Assembly (NCBI GenBank): GCA_043228905.1 | Contig: JBHGNT010000002.1 | Coordinates: 5,828,001 to 5,892,000 of the forward strand | From: Azolla caroliniana | Taxonomy: Eukaryota; Plantae; Polypodiophyta | Length of the DNA: 64,000 nucleotides | Direction of reading: 5' to 3' | Part shown: positions 23,488-34,626 of the stretch, in pieces | Numbering within the stretch: the stretch's first letter is position 1 | Layout of the letters: every line of letters starts with the position of its first letter | Notes under the pieces: model-generated | What the model was told of the DNA's origin: nothing | Databases searched by the model: none | Seen by the model: only the letters and a program-made list of their open reading frames with translations | Made by a program: the position numbers and the translations under genes

Positions 23488-26487
23488 TTGCTCATCAGTA
23501 CTGTTCTTCTCACTTCCCATCCAGAGGGACCTGTTTCCTAACAAACTCCCCCTTCACTCCGGCATGGGATGTCTTATTAGTCCAACTCGCTTCCGGCATG
23601 CGTCCAACTTGTCGGGTATCAGTACTTTGGTTAGCATATCTGACCTGTTCTCGGCAGTGTGGATCTTCGTCAGCACGAACTCTTAGTCATCTACTCTTTC
23701 CCGGATCCAGTGATACCTTCGCTGGATATGCTTCGTCCTGGAATGGTAGGCCGCATTCTTAGCAAGGTGGATGGCACTTTGACTATCACAATAGAGCCGG
23801 TATTCATCTTGCCAGATACAGAGCTCTCTGATGAAGTCCTTCATCCATAATATTTCATTGTCGGCTTCCACAGCCGCCATGTACTCCGCCTCCATGGTTG
23901 ACAATGCAACCGTCTTCTGCAACCTCGACTGCCACGAAACAGCTCCCCTTGCATATGTCCTTACATACCCGGATGTAGATCGGCTGGTATCCACATCAGC
24001 TGACATGTCCGAATCGGTAAAACCGTCAAGTTGAGGTTTTCCGGAGCCGAATCGGAGACACATGTTCGAAGTGCCCTTCAAGTACAGGAGTATCCATTAG
24101 ACTGTGTTCCAGTGCTCCTTGCCAGGATTGCTCATAAACCGGCTCACCACTCTGACTGGGTATCCTATATCCCATCGGGTACACACCATTGCGTACATTA
24201 AGCTCCCGACGGTAGAGGCATATGGAACCTTCATCATATCAGCCTTCTTTGCTTTCGTCTTCGGGCTTTGCTTACCGAATAACCTGCAGTTTGCCGGAAG
24301 TGTCGATACGACCGGTTTCACTTCTAACATGTTGAATCGATGAAGTACCTTTGTCACGTTGTCGTGAAGATTTTCGGCAATAGTGTGAAAATCCCATAAA
24401 ACGTACAAAATCGAGTATGAATCACGTAATACAATAATTGTGAAGATAACATTTTTAATATCTAAGTACAAAATGATGGAGGTTTCGAATGCACTTTATT
24501 ACACGAGAAATAGACAACTAAATGTCAAGATATGAGGGTATAAAGTTTGTGAAAAGAAAAGAGAAAATTGTGAGATATCCCACATAGGCACGACAAATAC
24601 GGCTCTCATCATATATAAGGTGGAGCAAAAGATATTATCTTTGTGTCTATGTGTGGAGCATAGAGAGTTCAAGGTAACTTGAACTTAGAGTGGAGGTGGC
24701 TAGCTACTCGAAAAGGGTTTTGGCCAACCAAAACCGGACCGGCGATGGAGCCGGTGATCCGACGGCATCCGACGGTAATCCGGCGGCAGCATGTGGCATC
24801 GGTATCCGGCGTCGGCATCCGGCGTCGGCGTCGGTTGTTCGTACGTATAGTTCTCATGCAGGGAATCCATTTTATCCTGCATGGCACTTAACCATTTTCG
24901 GCTGTGGGTGTCATCCTTCGCTTCTTCGAAGCATGTTGGCTTCCCCTCATCGGTTAGCAGCACATGCTCTGCATCCGAAAATCTTCAGGGGGGCCTTCTC
25001 TCTCTGAGAGGATATCTCCGTCTTTGGGCTTCGGTAACCGGCTCCTCCATTTGCTCTTTATCCGAATCTGATTCGGGGTCTTGGCTGGTTCTGGTTTCAG
25101 CTTCATCTGCTTCTTCTTCTACCAGTTCGGTATCCTCACCGTAACCTGTTGGTTCTTCGAGTGCTAACCAGTCTCTTGCCGGTTGGGTCTGCTCATTGTA
25201 GAATCAATCCTTACCGGTCGACTCGGAGTTCATTATCTTCTTCTCCGACTCCCAGTCGGCGAGCATCTTGTCCTCCATGAAGATAACATCTCGACTCCGG
25301 AATACCTTCTTGTCGACCGGGTCCCACACTCGGTAGCCGAACTCATCGTCGCCGTAACCGAGGAATATGCATGGCCGGGTCTTTGGATCCAACTTTCCTC
25401 TCCGGTCCTTAGCTACATGGACGTACGCGAGACACCCGAACACCTTCAGATGCCGGTAGGACACTTCCTTACCGGTCTAGACTCTCTGTGGCGTGTCTCC
25501 ATCCCAGGGTACTGAGGGTGATCTGTTTATCACATACGTCGCCGTCGACAGTGCCTCAGCCCAAAACGTCTTGGGTAGTTTTGCATGCGCGAGCATACTC
25601 TAGACCCTCTCCATTATGGTCCAGTTCATCCTCTCGGCCAGCCTATTTAGTTCCGGTGTCTTCGGCACAGTAAATTCGAGCCGGATTCCCTTCGAGCGAC
25701 AGTACTCCTCGAACTACCCCCTGTATTCACCTCCGTTATCTGCTCGAACCGCCTTCAGCTTCTGACCGGTCTCTCTTTCCACTCTCGCGTGGAGCCCTTT
25801 GAAGACGGATAACACTTGATCCTTCGTCTTCAACGGTTTGGCCCACAGCTTCCAGCTGTGGTCATATGTGAATGTCACAGAGTACTGCAATCCTGCATGT
25901 GACGTCATGTCCACTTGACACACATTAGTATGCACCAACTCAAGTGGTGATTTACGTCTCATCGGTGGCCTTGGTCGGAAGGAGGTCCGGTTTTGCTTAC
26001 CGGCCAGACAATCAGTGCACTTCTCCAAGTGCACGTTCTTCACTGGAATGAGGTTGTCATCTGCAAGCCTCTTCATCCCGTTCTCGCTCATGTGACACAA
26101 CCTTTTGTGCCACAGCTCACCGGCAGTGTCGGATGCCACGTTCACTTCCTCCGGACATAATCGGGCATTCATCAGGTACAACATGTTTACCTTTTGGGCC
26201 CGAGCCACAATCAGGCTCCCTTTGCTGAACTTCGTAACACCATTCCGGATGCTACCCATGTAGCCTTCATCATCTAGCCGACCGGCTAATATCAGGTTCA
26301 AACGAACCTCCGAAACGTGTCAGACATCCTTCAGCAGCAGCTTGCATCCGGTTGGTGTTGTCAACCACACGTCTCCTATGCCGATAATTCGGCATGTACC
26401 TTCATTCCCCATCCGGACACAGCCGTGATCACCGACTGAGTAGGATGAGAAGCATTTCCGGTCCGGGGTAAGGTGGAACGATGCTCC

Positions 26488-28450
26488 GGAATTAGTACTA
26501 AGAAGAACAGTACTATTAGTACTAAGAGGACGGGACTGCGTAAGATTCCCGAGAGAGAGGAAGTGAGAAGAGGAGAGAGAGAGAGAGAGAGGATGATGAC
26601 AGCAACTCTTATATTATATGAAAGATATGTACAAATCGGCTAAGAGGCTTAAGACTGGTGTTGAACCAATTTGGTTCAACATAATGCCTAGTGCCTTCTT
26701 TTATAGTGTTGTCAGGAGTAATCCTGAAACTTCTAGAATGTTCCAGAGAAATCTGGAATATACATTACTTTCTTATAATAAAACATAAATGAAAATAATA
26801 TCCTATGCATTACAATAGATGGTGTGATGGTTAAGAGCTCGACCCATATACCATAAGGTCATGGGTTCGAGTCTTGACATCTCATGACACTATCTCCCCC
26901 TTAAAGATGACGAGTGGAACGAGTCGGCGCTGATTGCGGACCGGGTATAACCAACCCAATCGACCAAATAATAAAGTTTGAGGATGGCAGCAACTTCATA
27001 CTCCGGGCCGGCATTCAACTTCATACGATCGGGAATGGTGTTCAAGAAGAGAACAATGGAAAACCGGATGTATTTGAAGCTGCGGAGGGAGATCAAGGCG
27101 GAATGTGACATCATTAACTTTACCCGTAATAAGGAAAGGACCGAGTCGTCGATAATCCAACTTGTCGCACGGTCGAGTAGTCTTGATGTGACGACGTAAG
27201 AGCCATACTCGATCTCCAATGGCAAAAGAGGAGGGAAGCTGATGACGGTCCGCGTAAGTCTTCTGTGTCTGTTGAGCATGACGAAGATGAGTCGAGAGAT
27301 CTGTCTAGATCTTGCATAGTCTCTCCAAATGATCCCTGGCACGAGGATTGGTAGGTAGCTCCGGGGTGTCGATCACTGACCAGTGAGGATGAGAACCGGT
27401 ATAAGCGTAGAATGGGGAGACTCGAGTCGAGGAGTGAACAACATTATTATACGCAAACTCCGCAAAGTGGAGAATCTCGGCCCAATTGTCTTGTTGATAA
27501 CTCAGGAAACACCGGAGATATTGCTCCAACGTTTGGTTTGTTCGTTCTGCCTGCCCATCACTCTGAGGATGGTAGCCGGAGGAGAGGTTGCAACAGACCT
27601 TGACCATCTTGAAGAGATGCTGCCAAAATTTGGAGACAAATTGCGGTCCTCGGTCACTAATGATACTGTCAGGAATAGTACTAAAGCAGAGATGGAATTA
27701 GTACTAAGAACAATACTATTAGTACTAAGAGGACGGAACTGCGTAAGATTCCCGAGAGAGAGGAAGTGAGAAGAGGAGAGAGAGAGAGAGAGAGGATGAT
27801 GACAACAGCTCTTATATTATATGAAAGATAAGTACAAATCGGCTAAGAGGCTTAAGACTGGTGTTGAACCAATTTGGTTCAACATAATGCCTAGTGCCTT
27901 CTTTTATAGTGTTGTCAGGAGTAATCCTGAAACTTCTAGAATGTTCCAGAGAAATCTGGAATATACATTACTTTCTTATAATAAAACATAAATGAAAATA
28001 ATATCCTATGAATTACAATAGATGGTGTGATGGTTAAGAGCCGATTTGTACTTATTTTTCATATAATATAAGAGTTGATGTCATCATCCTCTCTCTCTCT
28101 CTCTCTCCCCTTCTCACTTCCTCTCTCGCGGTAATCTTACGCAGTCCTGTCCTCTTAGTACTAATAGTACTGTTCTTCTTAGTACTAATTCCATCTCTGC
28201 TTTAGTACTATTCTTGACAGTTTGAACCAATTTGGTTCAACATAATGCCTAGTGCCTTCTTTTATAGTGTTGTCAGGAGTAATCCTGAAACTTCTAGAAT
28301 GTTCCAGAGAAATCTGGAATATACATTACTTTCTTATAATAAAACATAAATGAAAATAATATCCTATGAATTACAATAGATGGTGTGATGGTTAAGAGCT
28401 CGACCCATATACCATAAGGTCATGGGTTCAAGTCTTGACATCTCATGACA
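26488..28450 (-). mobile_element. Rearranged Tcn1-like chromovirus mosaic (partial LTR, integrase 3' end, LTR, inverted R-U5, LTR U3) inside D
   Basis: Same LTR family as 44075-44521; 28039-28219 is the reverse complement of 27668-27845; no TSD. Confidence 0.85.
26818..26889 (+). promoter_or_regulatory. tRNA-like Pol III A/B-box module at the U3 end of a Tcn1-like LTR (copies at 28378-28450, 44448-44521, 47772-47845)
   Basis: TGGTGTGATGG ... GGTTCGAGTC with tRNA-like spacing; the cloverleaf is degenerate. Confidence 0.6.
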
Positions 28451-30603
28451 CCTAGGTCATCTCGTCACTGGCAAGGTTTAGCTCACTCTCCTTGGTGATG
28501 AGCATCAACTCTTCTTCACTTCCCGCGATTGTCGTCGTTCCCTTTCGGTCCGGCCCCCTCTGGTCTTTATCGTTCCGGTCCGGTGTCCGCTTTGAATCGG
28601 GACCATCGGTTTCCTTGTCTTTCCGGAAATGCCGACAGTTCTTCTGGAAGTGTCCTGTCTTGCCGCAATAGAAGCAAGTAGGTCTCCCCCTTGACTTTGA
28701 CCGTGTCCCCGACTTCTCCCGGTTCTGGGGACTATGGTTCCTTTGTCTTCCGCGTTCCGATTCGGTAAGGAACGCCTTGGAGTCGGAGCTCGTATCCTTA
28801 TCTTTCCGATGCGCCTCCTCATCTAGCAAGCTCGACTTCACTCTTGCTAGGGATAACCGTTTCCCTTCCGGCCTGGCGTTGCCCAAGGTGACAACCAACA
28901 TCTCCCAGCTATCTGGGAGTGAACCGAGCAGGAGTAGCGCTAGTACCTCATCGGTGAGAGGTACTTCCAATGATGTTGCCTAGTGGATTACCCCCTAGAA
29001 GGCATTCATGTGCTCCGCCATGCTGGAGCCATCTTGGTACTGGAGTTTTACTAGCTTCCGGAATACCGAAACCTTGTTAACAACATTTTTGTTCTGAAAC
29101 ATAATGCCGATCTTCTCCCAGAGCTCATGAGCCTTGCTCTCTTCATTGAAGTTGTAGTATAGGCTCATGTCGATGAAGCACCGTATGTACACCGTTGTCT
29201 TCATGTGCATCACCTCCCATATCGCGGCGTCGATTTTGTCCGGTCTCTTGTCCCCGAACTGAACCGGCAGCCAGAGGTCTTTAACCACGAGCATGTCCCT
29301 CATCTTTGACTTCCACACCGAATAGTTGGAGCCGGTGAGCTTGAACATGCTGCCCAACGATTCATACATTTTCTGTGTCCTCTCGCTCTGATACCAATTT
29401 GACAAGAACTACATGCTCCGATGAACATCGCTCGGCCACAACTGAGCTTAGAATAAGACACAAAAAACAGGGAATGAGAGCACAACACAGTGGCAGAGAA
29501 GAGTACACAGGATGTTTAACGTGGAAAACCCTGAGAGGGAAAAACCACGGGAGTCCACAGACTCCAAACTATCACTATATCATAATGATTACAACAGTGA
29601 GCTTATGAAGGCAACGACCTCGTGCTCACGATCTTCACCACAGGCGGCGGTTACAACAGAGGCAACGACCTCTTCCTCTCTCTCTCTCTCTGTACACAGT
29701 TACGCGCTCTATAGTCTTGCACCAACAAGAAGGACAACAACATTTTTTGAGTTTGCCCTAAGTCATATTTATACTAATATGACTTTCCGGCTATTTACAA
29801 ATATAGCCCTGATGGACTCTCAGAAACATATTTGCGAATATGTCCCTTCATCTGGTGAGCACTCCTCACCGGGCCTGCATCATCCAACGCTTGCTGGGTA
29901 CTCGTCATCCGGTTCTTCTCACTTCCCATCCGGAGGGACTTGTTTCCTAACACATTTTCGAACATTGTCTACCAGACAGCTTTCTGTTAATCGGTAGGGT
30001 CGAGTCGACCAGTTTTGTGCTTTCCATGCTAAACTTCTGGAGCATTCATGTGACAACCATAATAATCTCTTTGTCCAGTCCTGGATGATGTGCATCCCCA
30101 GGATCTTTCTTGTTAGACCCATATCCTTCATTGAGAATGACCTACTCGAGGCTTTCTTCAGCATTCCGATTTTCGTATGGTCTCGTCCAACAATCAACAT
30201 GTCGTTCACATACAACAAGAAGAGAGGAAATCTCCTCCGTCAAACTTCTTCACAAACACACAAGGGTCGGCCTACGTTTTGAGGTACCCTTGGTCGGCCA
30301 TCAAGGATTCGAACTTCCGATACCATTGCCAGGGAGCCTGCGTTAGTATATAAAGGATCTTACTCAACTGGTATACTAGGTTCTCCTTTCCTTTCTTGAC
30401 GAATCCTTCCGATTGTTGTATATAGATTTCTTCTTTGAGGTTTCTTCGCAAAAAAGTCGTCTTGACATACATCTATTAAACTTTGGGGTCCATGCTAGCC
30501 ATAATTCTCAACACCGTCCGGATGGATGTCATCTTCACCACCAAGGCAAAAATCTCATCGAAATCCACTCCTTTCTTCTGTCGGGAAATTATAAGGAATC
30601 GGG

Positions 30604-31247
30604 TGTGATTGTGTGCAATGGAATATGTGTGTGTGTGTGTGTGTGTGTGTGTTGGAGAGAGAGAGAGAGAGAGAGAGAGAACTCAAGGTATTCAGAAAAC
30701 AATAAAACTGTATTAATAAGGAGTAAGAATGAACCAATAGCTACAAAGGGGAGGAGAAGGTGCTTATGTAGTCACCTTCTCGCAATGTTCTCTCACTACA
30801 ACCACCACTTTCAAAGAGGTAGAGACTTAACTACCTACTATCATAGAACCTTAAAATTCTATGACATAGTAGTTACTATACTAGGAGGTGGGCTGTTCAC
30901 TCACTTGTGTGTACTAAGGTATGTTCCCACACTAGGGAAGTTGAGTTTGATTCTCAACATGCCCTTTCAAATGCAACTTCTGATCGCCGAATAGTTGGTT
31001 CAAACTAGTCTTTCGGTCGGCTTCGAGTCGGCTTCGGATTTGGCTTCGGATGGCCGGCTCACTCCCTGGATCATTCTGCTCTGATCGAGGTCATGTCTAA
31101 TTGTTCCTTACTCCCCCTCAAGCTCGGCTAGTCGATGGTCAAGAGACCTAGGTTTGTTGTGAACTAACACAACTTGTCAACACCCAGTGCCTTTGTGAAT
31201 ATGTCTACCATCTACAGGTTTGTGTTGATGTGTTGCAGGTCGGCATT
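30604..31247 (-). mobile_element. Copia 3' LTR (~30604-30959) and RH end (A-like family)
   Basis: LTR end GGGAAGTTGAGTTTGATTCTCAACA resembles the A LTRs; VDIFTKALGVDKL remnant. Confidence 0.75.
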
Positions 31248-33605
31248 TGTTACGAGCATGACCATATAATATCCCATGGTGAGAATTTACCATAATATTC
31301 TATACATGTGGATAAAGTGTGAGGGTTAAACAAGAGTGTAAAGAAGGGAAGGATTACTTTTAATCGTCAGGATTGAGACAACCCATTAGGCCAAGTGTGA
31401 ACTTGCCTTGGGGCCTTGGGTATGGGTATAAATATGAGGCTTAACTACCCTCATTTTATCATCTCTTGACTACGTCGAGACTCTGTTCTGTGGTAGGTCA
31501 ACTCTTGTAGTGAGCGCGCCAACACCAAGTACAACTCGACGCCATTGTGGTGGTATGGGACACCGATCAAGGCTTGAGTCCGTCTCAATCCCTTCGCTCA
31601 GGGGTGTTCGGGTGGATCAACACCCTTCTTTCTCCCTCTCCTTTCTTATCTAACTATCAAATACATCCTGATCATATGCTTACATTAAAACATCACTCTG
31701 GGCCCCTAGGAAAGTTCACACTTGGCCTAATGGGTTGTCTGAATCCTGAGTATTAAAAGTAATCATTCCCTTCTTTAGACTCTCATTTAACCCTCACACT
31801 TTATCGACGTGTATAAAATACTCCGGTAAATTCTCTCCATGGGATATTATATGGTTATGCCCATAACATACTCCCCCTCTTTAAAACATTGCACTCTTGC
31901 AATGGAAAGTTAGGGAAGTTAGTTTTAGGAGTATTTTCGTGTTCCCACGTGGCATCTTTGATAGATTTATCCATCCATTTAATTTTAAATTCTCGTATTA
32001 CTTTAGTACGAATTGTTTTTGTTTTAACATCGAGAATTCTTTCTGGTACATGTGCTTTAGAAGATAATTCTACTGAAGTAACCAGAGTTTCAGTTGTAAC
32101 TGTATTGTCGCCAGAACCAAGAAGTTCTTTTAGACGACTTACATGAAAAATTGGATGGATTTCAATGCCATCAGGAAGAGCGAAATGATAGGCTGATGAA
32201 CCAATGCGTTTGAGGACTGTAAAAGGTCCACAAAACCGTGGGGCTAACCTAGTACACTTACCAGTAGACAATGTCTTAGAATTGTGAGGTACATGTAAAA
32301 ATACCTTTTGTCTAGGGTTGAATACACGAGGTTGCCTATTATGATCGGCATAAAAACGCACTCTATCTTGAGCTATTTTACATTATCTTGTGCAATATGC
32401 AACATATCTTGCATATCCTGAAGAAATTTTTGCGTACCTCGCAACTCATCATGATGTATATTAACATCAATTGGGCTCGTGGTTGAAAACCATACATCAA
32501 CATAAAAGGACTATATCTCGTCGACGTACGCTTGGAGCTGCTATAAGAAAACACCAAAATTCGGAGATAACATTCCCATTTTGTTGGTTTTGTACCAACA
32601 TATGCATGGAGCATGTCCTCAATAATTTGATTTACTCGTTTTGTCTATCCATCGGATTGAGGATGATCCGTGGCAATGTAGTTTCTAACTTCTTAAAGAC
32701 TTGCGTCCAAAAGTCGCTAATAAACTTTGAATCTCAATCACTCACGATATCCATCGGTACCCCATAAAAATGAAATAACTTGTCAACGAATTGGTAAGCC
32801 AATTCAGGAGTTGTTACCATGTTTTTAGTAGCAATAAATCTGACCATTTTAGTTTGTCTATCAACCACAACCCAGATGACATCATGACCTTTTTGGGTGC
32901 GAGGAAGGCTAACAGTAAAATCCATGGATATACTTTCCCACTTATTATTGGGAATGTCCAAGGGATGTAAAAGTCTTGCGGCTTTAAGTCGCTTAATTTT
33001 GTTAACCTGACACTGGTGACATTTAGTCACATAGCTATGTATGTCAGGACGCGTCTTAGGCCAATAGAATTGAGTGGAGATTAGAATGACTGTAGGATGT
33101 ATTCCAAGGTGCCCTGCTGAGGGTGCATCATGGCATTAAAAAAGAATTCTCTTTTTGACCTCAAGCAAATCAGGAACAAATACCTTACCATTACGATAGA
33201 GCATGTCAAGATTCGAACTCTTGACACGACCATGTTATAATCTAGTTTTATGAGTTAACCAAGATATCTAGTACTAGTTATGTACGTAATTGGTCCTTAT
33301 TATTTTGCTAGCATCATGTGCATAGTTGCTCCCTTGTAGTATTTACACTTGGCACATGCATGCATACCTACATGCTCTATTGTAGATTCACATGTGTGCA
33401 ACAAGTATGCATGCCATGTAGTATAAATAGAGGAGTTCACCTTGAAGGAATTCAAGGTGAACAACACCAGTTATGGAGTCTTTCCTTTAATACTATCCTC
33501 TTTCTTGTCCATTTGGTTATCTTCTTGCTTGTCTCTTGAGCTTATGATCCGTGATAGTTTGTTCACCTTCCATCCTCATAGCTCTCCCTCTCATAAGACA
33601 TAGCT

Positions 33606-34621
33606 ATGTCCAACTCAACTAGTGAGTTAGGCCAAATAATGGTAGCCTTACGACAACTGCAGCTTGAAAATGAAGCTCTTCGAAATTCTTTACAAGAACT
33701 TCAAGTCGGTACCTCCCTATCCTCACAACCCCCAAACCCTAGTCTCCCACAACAACCTAGCCTAGAGCCTGATCTTCTACCAACATCTAGCCTAGCTTCG
33801 TCATAGTTTCTTGAGCCTAAGGTTAGCCTCCTAGAAAATTTGATGGAACAAGGTCGTGTTTCTGAGGGTTCATCAACCAAGTTCGACTTATCATTCGGCT
33901 ACAACCTCAACGTTATGGAGATGGTCTTCGACAAGTCGGCCTTGTGGGCACCCTTCTCTCTGGTCCGGCCCAAGCTTGGTTTGCACCATTGGTAGAAACC
34001 TCATCACCTTTATTGGAGGACTTTCCCGCCTTCCTCGCCGAGTTAGAGACCACATTTGGAGAGACGGACCGACGACGTACAACTCTTAACAAGATTTATG
34101 CACTCGAACAAGGTTCACGTGTAGCTTCGGTCTATGCTTCCGAATTTCGACAACTAGCATGCGACGTCAATTGGGATGATCAAGCTTTAGCTGATCACTT
34201 TTAGCGCGGCCTTCGAAGCAATGTCAAGAATCTTCTCTTAAACTTTCCGGAGCCCACCTCGTTATCCCAAGTGATTTCACAAGCAGTCCATTGTGACAAT
34301 CGTCTTTTCGAATTTCGCCAAGAAGAGCGCCGGACTTGGGTTCCACCTCATTCACTTCCACGCCACGCCCCGGTCATACAACCCCAAGCATCCTCACACT
34401 CGCCTACTTCGGCAGATGCTCCTGTCCCCATGGAAATTGATCAAGCCCGATTTCGGCCATTGACTGATGTTGAACAACAATATCGGCGGGCTAATGGCTT
34501 GTGCATGTATTGTGGCGCCTCCGGTCATGTCGTTCGCCATTGTCCTAGGAGTACTCGCCCACAATTCCATCAAGCTAACGGACCCCAACATCCAGAAAAT
34601 GACATCGTTCGGTTGCAGTAG
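33606..34621 (+). pseudogene. Tcn1-like gag (retrotransposon gag domain, CMYCGASGHVVRHC knuckle), disrupted
   Basis: Fragments 33606-33806, 33944-34204 and 34271-34621. Confidence 0.85.
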
Positions 34622-34626
34622 GAGCC

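Larger units (their letters stand above)
22812..29952 (-). mobile_element. Ty1/copia (Tnt1/Tork-like) element D, LTRs 22812-23543 and 29400-29952
   Basis: LTR pair TGACAAG...CCTAACA; TSD CATCT/CATTT; PBS TGGTATCAGAGCG at ~29384-29396; gag 28452-29405 with CCHC knuckle; IN 25204-26301; RT/RH 23550-24360. Confidence 0.92.
22091..30603 (-). mobile_element. Copia element F RT-RH fragment, host of element D
   Basis: RH/RT at 22100-22811 continues at 29953-30603 (YASVVGSLMYAM; LYVNDM); PPT at 22093-22102. Confidence 0.8.

Noticed and set aside
26818-26889. Functional tRNA genes in the LTRs
   Set aside because: Acceptor and anticodon stems do not pair convincingly; only the A/B boxes are supported.
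30413-30994. 193-aa ORF and similar short ORFs across LTRs and antisense to pol
   Set aside because: They run through microsatellites or are shadow frames of TE genes.
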